Of a stretch of 64,000 nt of DNA, positions 51,380-59,922 are shown in pieces (position 1 is the stretch's first letter; each line of letters opens with the position of its first letter). The notes beneath the pieces were generated by a model, which saw only the letters and a program-made list of their open reading frames with translations, did no database searches and was not told where the DNA came from. The position numbers were made by a program, and so were the translations under genes. This DNA comes from Halodesulfurarchaeum sp. (GTDB lineage Archaea; Halobacteriota; Halobacteria; Halobacteriales; Halobacteriaceae): the NCBI GenBank assembly GCA_034520565.1, contig JAXHNL010000002.1, forward strand, positions 1,632,001 through 1,696,000. Direction: 5' to 3'.

Positions 51380-52386
51380 TACCAACAAATTGTACGAAGC
51401 CCAAAGGGGGCATGTACCCAATTATCCGGATTAATTTATATACCCTAACCCGAGCCTACCAGATTGCTACCTACCTTTGGCGGGGTTTCGCGATCGATTG
51501 GCGTTCATATGGGTCACAGTCTGGTATCGATCTACCCGCAAAACTAGTGATGATTCTTGGAACCTGACTGTTCGGCAATGTCGTGAAGGGTGCCACTGGC
51601 TATTGGGTCATTCTTTGGTACCGAAACAATTCGCACTTCGCCGGTGTCCGGATTTTTGCACCGCAGTGTCGTGTGGCTTCCCTTCACATTTACGGGACAA
51701 ACCCGTGTAATTTATGGGCGCTTTCATTACTTTCCGGGGCTGAAAACGTCGTTCGGACCACGCTATTCGAGCCACAGAGGAGAGCTTCGCTGCCAATCTT
51801 CACGTCAAGCCCCTGCTCTTCGATCCACGCTTCGGTGTCATCAATCGGGTCACCTCGTCCGGGACCGTGTTCAATAGTCTATGCGAGAAATTTTCTTCAA
51901 ACAATCATCGGACCCCCAACCGCTACCATAGATCGACGAGTAATGCAGTACTTTGGGTGGTCGTAATGCAAATGTTTGACTGATCCGAAACAATTCAGAC
52001 CGATTGTCTCTCAACTGTCGACACGACTGATCCAGATACACTCGAATGAAATAAAGCGAGATGCTTTCTCTGCAGCGTATTACCGGTCTCAATAGTTAAC
52101 ATATGAAGCTAGCGATCCACGATTGACTTTGCGCCGATCGGACGGGAGCGTCCTGGTGCTGTGACGATTTTGGCAAGTGCATCCGGCCCAGTTACCGTTC
52201 GAATACTTTGCTATGTGGATGAAGTGTAGTCCCGTGAAATATTTCAGTCACGTATTGTAGAACGGCTACACGAAACTGGTACAATCACTATCAGTATTCC
52301 AATTCAAGTATTGCAATACGACCCTCTGAACTGTTGACGCCGGTCGGAAACACAAGACATTAGCCTCTATTCTGCGGCTATTGACT

Positions 52387-53166
52387 ATGAATCTGTTAGA
52401 AGGACAAGTGGTCGTGATAACTGGCGGGGCAAGTGGCATTGGTCGTGCAACGGCTCTTTCCGTTGCCCACCATGGTGGAACTGTAATCGTGGGTGACCGA
52501 TCGAAAGATCCCCGTGAAGCCGACGTTCGGACCATTGACTTGATAAAGGAAGAAACCGACGCTGCTGTCCGATTCGTCAAGTGTGACGTAACCGACAGAG
52601 ACGCTGTCGAGCGCCTAATCGATGCAGCTGAGGAATTTGGCGGTATCGACGTCATGGTGAACAATGCCGGGGTGTATAGAGGAGGGCCATTCCTCGATAC
52701 GTCCGAGGAAACGCTGGATTTGATGCTTTCTGTTAACGTTAAAGGGACGTTTTTTGGTTCCCAAAAAGCAGCAGAGCGGATGATCGAAAACGGTGACGGG
52801 GGTTCCATCATCAATATATCAAGTATCGCCGGGTTGCGTGGTGCTTCCGAAGCCGCCGCGTACTGTACATCGAAAGGGGCAGTTCGTCAACTTACGTCCG
52901 CGCTTGCAGCAGAACTCGGACAGTATGGAATTCGAGTCAACGGCATCTATCCAGGAACTATCCGGACTGCCCAGGCGATACACGACTCTCATACGATTCC
53001 CGACGCTGATTCTGAGGACGCAGTAGCAGGGGAAATTCCACTCGGTCGAATCGGTGAACCGAGCGAAGTTGCCAAGGTCGTAATCTTTCTCGCGAGCGAG
53101 CTGGGAACGTACGTGAACGGAGCAACGTTGTCCGTCGATGGAGGCCAGTTCGCCACTGGTGGATGA
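52387..53166 (+). CDS. short-chain dehydrogenase/reductase
   Basis: TGGASGIG, NNAG, YCTSK, VDGG; more AT-rich than flanking core genes. Confidence 0.92.
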   Translation: MNLLEGQVVVITGGASGIGRATALSVAHHGGTVIVGDRSKDPREADVRTIDLIKEETDAAVRFVKCDVTDRDAVERLIDAAEEFGGIDVMVNNAGVYRGGPFLDTSEETLDLMLSVNVKGTFFGSQKAAERMIENGDGGSIINISSIAGLRGASEAAAYCTSKGAVRQLTSALAAELGQYGIRVNGIYPGTIRTAQAIHDSHTIPDADSEDAVAGEIPLGRIGEPSEVAKVVIFLASELGTYVNGATLSVDGGQFATGG

Positions 53167-53269
53167 CAGAGCAGGATCACCATTCAACTTGTTCGGATAG
53201 CAACTACTCCACTCCCTGACGGACCATTACAGCCTGAGCGAACGTTTTATCCAGGGAACAATCCCACGC

Positions 53270-53524
53270 TCACCGACCGGAGACAATGATTTTTGGAAAC
53301 AAGGACAAAGCGGATGATTGGTCTTGTGGTTTGCCCGGCTCGCCCTCGATTCTTCCGTTCCATTTGAGAACCTCGATGACCTCCTCGAAGAGTCCCATCC
53401 GGGCCAAGGCTTTCGCCAGCCGGTAGCAAACATGTAACTTCCGCGCAGTGACGGATATTGGTGACCCCTGTGATCTATCCGCCTCAGCGGACTGGAAACG
53501 GTCCTGAAACTGAGTCAGGAGCAA
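53270..53524 (-). pseudogene. possible MCM helicase C-terminal remnant
   Basis: SPISVTARKL...RLAKALARMGL resembles the MCM sensor-II segment (consensus P.TAR.LE...RLAEA.AR..L). Confidence 0.4.
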
Positions 53525-53551
53525 AAACCGACAAATATATCTATGAGTTCC

Positions 53552-55081
53552 TCACCGTTCCCGCGTCCGCCACAATAACAACCCAACCAAGACGAACGCC
53601 ACGACTGGAATCAGGGGCGAGAGCGGACTCGACGTCTCTGTCACCGGCGTGAGCGGTGTCGGCTCGTTGACCAATATCGTCGTTTCCGCCGGCGTGTTCT
53701 GTGTCGCCGGCGGGTCAGTGGAATTTTGGTTTTGCGTCGTCACGGCCTGGGTGGTTTCGGGTTGCTGGGTCGTCGGCGGCTGATACGACGAGGCGTTGGC
53801 CGTGTCGACTTCGAACTCCGTTTCGTGTGTCCTCCCGAGCGCATCGATGACCTCGATCAGAATCACGTTTCGGCCCGGCTCGATGTCCACGACCGCGTCG
53901 ATTACATAACTCGTGACGTTCGAGCCCGTGTACAGCGTTTCGAGATGGGTGACTCCCTCCCACCGGTGATTCGACTCGAGGGCGATCTCCCGGACCGTCC
54001 CGTCCGTCACGTTCGCGAACAGCCGGTAGCCGGACTCGTCGATCATCCCCGACCGATCCCCGTCGATCCGAATTTCGGGGGCGATGCGCTCTTCGGTCGT
54101 GACCGGGTCGTACTCGATCTCTCGCGTCTCCTCGACCCAGTTCCCGGCCGTGTCGGTCACGTTGAACGTGACGTTGTAGGTTCCCGCACGGTGGAAGGTC
54201 AGTTCGGGGCGCACGGTCACGCTCGTCCGTCCGGAATCGAGCAACTTGGTCGTCGGTTCGACGACAGTCTGTTCTGGCTGGCCAGGGAGCTGCACGACGA
54301 GCGAGTTGACCGCGACCGAATCGTTCGCCACGATGGTGGGGCGAATCGTCGCGGCTTCGGTCCGGTTCGACCAGCCCCGAATTTCGAGGGCGGGGTCGGC
54401 GTCGTCGGTCACTTCGATGCGAGTGCTTCGATAGATGCGAAACCCGTATTCGTCGGTGGCGGTGACGATCAGGGAGTTGTTTCCAGGGGCGAGTGTCGTG
54501 TCGAGGGCGAAGGCCCCGTCCTCGAGTTCGGTCGTCTCGACGCTCTGGCCCGAGCCGACCAGCTTCGCGGAGAAGTCAGTGACGTTCGAGGCGTCCCGGA
54601 CGGTGCCCACCAGTTCGACGTCGGCACTCGTGAACGCCCGTTTCGACGGGAACTGGTACCCCGGCGAGACTTCGAAGGGACTCGACAGGCCGATATCCGG
54701 GGCGAGCGTGTCCCTGTAGACGGTTATCTGGTGGTTCGACAGGTTCCCCGCAGCGTCCGTGACGATGACCTCGACGGCGTTCGATCGGGTCGAAAAGTCG
54801 GGGTCGAGTTCGACGGCGGAGGACGTGCCGTTCGGCTGGGCCTCGTGATACTCCTCCCCGTCGATTCTGACGATGACGGAGTCGAGTTCGACGTCCCCTG
54901 TCACCGAGACGGAGAGGTTCGCCTCGGGCACCACGACCCTGTCGCCGTCCGCGACCGACTCCCCATTGACACTCACCCCGATCGACGGTTGCGAGGCTGC
55001 CCCCACAGGTAACGTCGCAAACAGCCCCGCCCCCAACAGAAGCAGCACCGCGATTGTGAGGTGGCGTGCGGGTTGTCCCAT
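53552..55081 (-). CDS. secreted cell-surface protein with Ig-like repeats, Thr-rich linker and C-terminal TM anchor
   Basis: signal peptide; repeated V.VTD..G strand motifs; many NxT/S sequons; TM helix ending WRTRER. Confidence 0.8.
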   Translation of the reverse strand: MGQPARHLTIAVLLLLGAGLFATLPVGAASQPSIGVSVNGESVADGDRVVVPEANLSVSVTGDVELDSVIVRIDGEEYHEAQPNGTSSAVELDPDFSTRSNAVEVIVTDAAGNLSNHQITVYRDTLAPDIGLSSPFEVSPGYQFPSKRAFTSADVELVGTVRDASNVTDFSAKLVGSGQSVETTELEDGAFALDTTLAPGNNSLIVTATDEYGFRIYRSTRIEVTDDADPALEIRGWSNRTEAATIRPTIVANDSVAVNSLVVQLPGQPEQTVVEPTTKLLDSGRTSVTVRPELTFHRAGTYNVTFNVTDTAGNWVEETREIEYDPVTTEERIAPEIRIDGDRSGMIDESGYRLFANVTDGTVREIALESNHRWEGVTHLETLYTGSNVTSYVIDAVVDIEPGRNVILIEVIDALGRTHETEFEVDTANASSYQPPTTQQPETTQAVTTQNQNSTDPPATQNTPAETTILVNEPTPLTPVTETSSPLSPLIPVVAFVLVGLLLWRTRER

Positions 55082-55203
55082 CGATCGGTTCTGGTTGCAG
55101 TAACGCGACACACCTCTTAAAAACTGCGAGAGACCCACGGCCAGCGCCCAGCTGGCGAGCGGTTTGCGAACGCTTTTCCGCCGGACTGTCCTTCGCTCCG
55201 ACG

Positions 55204-55668
55204 ATGGAACTCGACACGAACCGACGCCGATTCCTGGAACTCGCGGGAACGGGTGGCGTGCTCTCCCTGGCCGGCTGTAGTGCCCCAATGCCTGACACGA
55301 CGGTCGAAAACACCGGCGATGGCCCAGCCGAAACCGCGACGGTTACGGTGGCCCTCGAAATCGACGAGGAAGCCCTTCAGGCGGCCCGCGAGGATCTCGT
55401 CACCAAGATTCAGAACGGCACCATCAATCAGACCGCGGCCCAGGAACAACTGTACACGACGGAGCGAGAACTGCTTGCCGAGGCCGCGTCGACGTTCAGA
55501 GACCATCTGGAAACGACTGAAGCACTCTCGGAAGAAAACGCCGCCACGGAGATCGGGGTTTTGCTGGTCTCGGGCACCCCCGCCGCACTGATCGACTCGA
55601 TCACCCGACCGGAGGTCCGCGGACTCTTCTCCGCAGAAACGTTCGAGCAGGCACTGGCCCAGCAGTAA
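55204..55668 (+). CDS. Tat lipoprotein, function unknown
   Basis: NRRRFLE...LAGC. Confidence 0.85.
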   Translation: MELDTNRRRFLELAGTGGVLSLAGCSAPMPDTTVENTGDGPAETATVTVALEIDEEALQAAREDLVTKIQNGTINQTAAQEQLYTTERELLAEAASTFRDHLETTEALSEENAATEIGVLLVSGTPAALIDSITRPEVRGLFSAETFEQALAQQ

Positions 55669-55680
55669 AGCGAGACGTGA

Positions 55681-56393
55681 TTACTCGAGGTAGACGTCCA
55701 CCGCTACGGTCCGAACGTGCACCGCCCCGGTTTCGAATGTGCAGGTCGCTGTTTGATTCACGACCTCACAGGACTCCCCATCGAGTTCGGAATCGAGCCA
55801 TCGTGCCCACGCCTCGGCCGATCCGTCGTCACGTTGAGGGTCACATGATAGGGCCCCGAGCCGCGATAGGAGTGGACCGACTGTGTCGCTCGGGTCGTCC
55901 GAACCATGACTCGGCCGGACCCACTGATCCCGGTATCTCGAGCCCGAGTCTGTACGAATGTCAAGACCGTCCGCTCACCGAAACGAAACGGCGGCCCGTC
56001 GGTGAGCCTCGAATACCCGCGATCGGATCGGATCGTCGCGCCGCCACTGTAGGCGATCGTTCGATCTGCCGACTGGGTGTACACGAGGGGATCGGCGGTG
56101 GTTCGATTGTACCCGAAATCCTCGACGGAGACGTTAAACCGAACCGGTTCACCGAATCCGATCCTCGCGTCCGCGAGCCTGATCTCGGTCGCACGACTCG
56201 GGACCCCAGAATCGATGTGGTCATCGACGTTCGCATCGAGCACTTCGAAGACCCGGTTGGCGTTGTCGAAGCGCTCCGCATCTCGAACCGAATCGAGACT
56301 GGTGTATCCGGCTGTAGACACGAGGGCTACGGAGCCCAGAATCAGGGAGAAAACGAGGACGTACCCGAGGACGTCGCTGACACCTCTATCCAT
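55681..56393 (-). CDS. type IV pilin-like protein, apparent frameshift near 55817
   Basis: class III signal DRG/VSDVLG; the alternative frame gives EAWARWLDSEL...VDVYLE* ending at 55681. Confidence 0.75.
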
Positions 56394-56826
56394 TGCTGAC
56401 CTCCAGCCAGCCGGCCGATCCATCGATGACAAGATCCCCACCATCGACGGTCCCGGCTGTGACCCGAGACGTGTTACGGACCGGAACGGTTCGGCTGATG
56501 CTCGAGTCCGCGATCTCGAGCCGAAGCGTGACTGCACCATCTGTCGTTAAGATGTCGATTCGATACTCGTTACCTGCTACACGCGAGGGGAGAGCTGTCC
56601 GAAGGGTCACCTCGCCATCGCCAAGTCGATGCAGTCGATCGGCAGTTTCGAGATCGGCGGCGAGACGATTGCCGAGCACGTCGAGTTCGCTCCGCACCGT
56701 TCGCTCGCGTTGGTCAGCGACAAGCGACGCGCCGCTGATCAACAGTCCGGTTATCAGGATCGTCGCGAGCCCGAGGTTCAACACGTAGCCGACGACCGTG
56801 GAGACACCACGATCTACACCCGCCAT
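56386..56826 (-). CDS. type IV pilin-like protein
   Basis: DRG/VSTVVGYVL followed by a hydrophobic stretch. Confidence 0.85.
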   Translation of the reverse strand: MAGVDRGVSTVVGYVLNLGLATILITGLLISGASLVADQRERTVRSELDVLGNRLAADLETADRLHRLGDGEVTLRTALPSRVAGNEYRIDILTTDGAVTLRLEIADSSISRTVPVRNTSRVTAGTVDGGDLVIDGSAGWLEVSNG

Positions 56827-57428
56827 ACGACCACCTCGACCCGAATGACGTTGTAAAGGGGACCGTCGGCGGTGTCCCTCGCGAAATACGAGTCAGCGTC
56901 GCTGACAGTCCGGTTCGACGGCGTTTCGTTTTCGTCACGAAGCCGGTCGTCGTCGTACAGGACGACCGTCCGCGTCACGCTGACTGCGTGATCGGAGGGG
57001 TCTCCCTGATGAAGGAGTTTTCGCTCCCGCTGTGTTTGGTCCGCGCTCAGGTACAGCAGGTTCACGTTATAGACCATCCCCCGATCCCGAAAGGCGGCTT
57101 CGAGGGTGGATCCGAATTCAGTCGGAACGACGGCAGCGTACTGTGCGGAGTCCCCCGAATCGTGGAACCGGTTCCCCGTCTCGTTCCAGTACAGTACCGT
57201 CTCCCGGAGGGTGCCCCGTTCGTCGGCAGCGGCCAGTAGTCCCGAGGCCGTGCCCGAGCCCTGTGTCTGCAGGTGTTGATTGGCCGTGCTAGCCGTCAGT
57301 GGCGTAACTGCAGTCACCTGCAGGGCAAAGATCACGCTCGTCAGCACGAGTAGCGCCGCAGCGATCCCCTCGAGAACGTGTGCCTGTCCGCGATCGCGAC
57401 CGGTCTTTGGCTGTGAGTCCCTCCGCAT
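56814..57428 (-). CDS. type IV pilin-like protein
   Basis: DRG/QAHVLEGIAA; C-terminal YNVIRVEVVVW. Confidence 0.85.
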   Translation of the reverse strand: MRRDSQPKTGRDRGQAHVLEGIAAALLVLTSVIFALQVTAVTPLTASTANQHLQTQGSGTASGLLAAADERGTLRETVLYWNETGNRFHDSGDSAQYAAVVPTEFGSTLEAAFRDRGMVYNVNLLYLSADQTQRERKLLHQGDPSDHAVSVTRTVVLYDDDRLRDENETPSNRTVSDADSYFARDTADGPLYNVIRVEVVVWRV

Positions 57429-57430
57429 TG

Positions 57431-57910
57431 TCACCACATCCGCACCGTCAGGTTGGCCGGTGCCCCCTCGTAGGAAACCACGCGCCAGGCCGAGGTCACC
57501 GAACCCGACGACGGCGGTTCCGGTCCAACAGTACCGACTGTTTCGTGTGCCAACCGAAGCGTGACGTTGAATCTGGCCCGATCCGGGATGCCGAGGGAGT
57601 GACCGAGTTCGGACTCGGTTTGGTTGAAGACGCCCTTGACCCGCGATTCCGTCGCGATATAGGGTGAGCCATCGGCGAGGTCCTCCGTCGCGAGAGTGGT
57701 GACCGCCCTGTCTGCTGCCACTGGATGAGCTTCCGATCCGGTCGCGAACGGATCGAGCATGCCCGGGACGACGGCGACGACGATCAGCACGGCAAAGAGG
57801 AAGATCACCGTCCCGAGGAGGAAGTCCAGGGTCGACTGTCCGCGGTCGTCCCACCAGCTCGGTGACCGGTGCTCCGTCGATTCCGATTCCGGCGGGCGCT
57901 CCGATTTCAT
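57431..57910 (-). CDS. type IV pilin-like protein
   Basis: DRG/QSTLDFLLG followed by a hydrophobic stretch. Confidence 0.85.
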   Translation of the reverse strand: MKSERPPESESTEHRSPSWWDDRGQSTLDFLLGTVIFLFAVLIVVAVVPGMLDPFATGSEAHPVAADRAVTTLATEDLADGSPYIATESRVKGVFNQTESELGHSLGIPDRARFNVTLRLAHETVGTVGPEPPSSGSVTSAWRVVSYEGAPANLTVRMW

Positions 57911-59922
57911 ATGAACGCCCACACGACCAGTGCGATCGTCGGCAGCACGATCGCGTACTTCAGCCCGGAGAGCAGCCGGGCGTGACTGATGTAGCCCGAA
58001 ATGATGCCCGCGAGGATGCCTTGAATCGTCACCGCGTGGAAGAAGAGCATCTCGAGGAGAGCGATGTCCAAACTCGCACCGAATGACGCACCGCCGCCGA
58101 CTCCTGGTGGGCCACCAGTTCCAGCCGCCTCGCTCGTCAACCCCGAGAGCACACCGAGGAATTCGGTCTGGAGGATGACCATCACCGCGAGCAGGGTGAG
58201 GTAGGTCATAATGATGATGACCACCTGCATGCGGGCCCGTGACGTTCGCTCGCGCTCGATGTCGTCCTGATTCTCGGACGCCTGGGCCGCCGTCGAGAGG
58301 ACCGCGGTGATCTTGCTCGAGGCTTCCTGGGCCTTCGTGACCAAGTTGACCGTCCTGGCGAGTCGTGGGACGTGATACCTGTTGTTGAACTCGACGAGGG
58401 CCTGTGACAGGGTCATCCCGTAGACGACTTTCGCATAGATCTCGTCGAACTCGTCTGCGAGCCGTCCCGTCGAGGTATTCGAGACCGTTCGTATCGATTC
58501 GAGTAGCGTGAGACCGGTATCGTTGGCACTCGAGAGTTTCCGGAGGTTCTCCGAGAGCTTGCCCGTGATTCTGTGTCTGGTGTGTTGATTCCACTCGTAG
58601 AACACCGACAGCGGCACGCCGATCACGTAAAGCGGCACGAACACGTACATGAACGTCGAACCGACCGGGTTCCCGACCATCCCGTCGTAGGTCGTCGGAA
58701 CGATCCCGGCAACCAAGGCGTTTCCGACGATAAAAAGGGCAATCGGAACCGTCACGACCAGGGTGAGTAGCGGTCGTTCCCTGAAGTAATACTGCGGTCG
58801 CCGCAAGAACTGGCCGACCGAATGGGCCATCCCCCGCCGCCGAATCCTGGTGAACAGTACGCTATCGGCCTGTGACTCGATTTTCTGGTTGCCCGACCCC
58901 GACTCCCGTTCGACCCCGGAAACGACCGACAAGTCGAGATATCCGTCGCCGACCGGGTCCTGCTTGACCGTCGAAACCATGATCAGAAACGCCACGCTGA
59001 CCAGAGGCAGTAGCGCATAGACGGTCAATAACAGCAGAAACTGCTGTGAGGAGCCGAGCATACTCATGACGACGAGCACGATGATCAACAGGAGCGGAAA
59101 CAGGGAGAGTGTCATGTACATCTCCCCGAACAGTTCCAGCGTCTGGAGGGTCATCTCCTGTTGCTGTTTTGCCGTGCGCATGTGGGTCTCCTTCTTGTCC
59201 TCGAGAAACCCGGCCATGTCGCCGCCGCTGTTGATGATAGAGAGCATGTCCGTGAAAAACTGCGAGAGTTCGTCACTCGGGGTTTCCATCGACCGCCGCC
59301 GAATCGCCGTCCGATAGTCGACGTCGAAGTACTCCGTCTCCTGGACGATGGTCCGGAACTCGAGGGCGACCTCCCCGTACGTGTCTTCGGCTCTGGCCAT
59401 CGCCTCCAAAATTTCGAGCTGGTTGAGTCCCCCGATAGAGAGCGCGTACATGAACGAGACGGCATCCGGGAGCAGCATGTTGATCTCACGCTTTCGGGAT
59501 GAGGCCCGGGAGTACGGCAACAAGATCAGCGTCCCAAAACCGGTGACGAATCCGATCGTCCCGAAAAACACCCCAGTCACGAGAACCAGGAGTGGGACTT
59601 TGATGGCCTCGAAAAACCCCGCCATCTCCGGCCCCGTGACCGGCAACCCGATAGAGACCTGTACGTCAAGGAGGCCACTCCCGAAGAGGACCCAGCCGAG
59701 AACCGTTCCAGTCACCCAGAGGATCAGTCCGCCAAGAAACCCGAACCCGAGCGCCCGCGAAACGTAGAGTTCGACGGTTTCCTCCATCCGCGCCTCGGCC
59801 AGCTTCCGTTCGAGATCCGAGACGAACTCCGAGTCTTCCCCGAACACCCACTCGAAGAGCGGGTAAAACAGGTCGGCAAAACGCTCCGATCGGCCGCTCA
59901 GCTGGCCGGTGCGGGTACTCAT
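57907..59922 (-). CDS. pilC: type IV pilus membrane platform protein (T2SSF)
   Basis: LPDAVSFMYALS, TPSDEL, two T2SSF halves; follows the ATPase. Confidence 0.92.
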   Translation of the reverse strand: MSTRTGQLSGRSERFADLFYPLFEWVFGEDSEFVSDLERKLAEARMEETVELYVSRALGFGFLGGLILWVTGTVLGWVLFGSGLLDVQVSIGLPVTGPEMAGFFEAIKVPLLVLVTGVFFGTIGFVTGFGTLILLPYSRASSRKREINMLLPDAVSFMYALSIGGLNQLEILEAMARAEDTYGEVALEFRTIVQETEYFDVDYRTAIRRRSMETPSDELSQFFTDMLSIINSGGDMAGFLEDKKETHMRTAKQQQEMTLQTLELFGEMYMTLSLFPLLLIIVLVVMSMLGSSQQFLLLLTVYALLPLVSVAFLIMVSTVKQDPVGDGYLDLSVVSGVERESGSGNQKIESQADSVLFTRIRRRGMAHSVGQFLRRPQYYFRERPLLTLVVTVPIALFIVGNALVAGIVPTTYDGMVGNPVGSTFMYVFVPLYVIGVPLSVFYEWNQHTRHRITGKLSENLRKLSSANDTGLTLLESIRTVSNTSTGRLADEFDEIYAKVVYGMTLSQALVEFNNRYHVPRLARTVNLVTKAQEASSKITAVLSTAAQASENQDDIERERTSRARMQVVIIIMTYLTLLAVMVILQTEFLGVLSGLTSEAAGTGGPPGVGGGASFGASLDIALLEMLFFHAVTIQGILAGIISGYISHARLLSGLKYAIVLPTIALVVWAFI

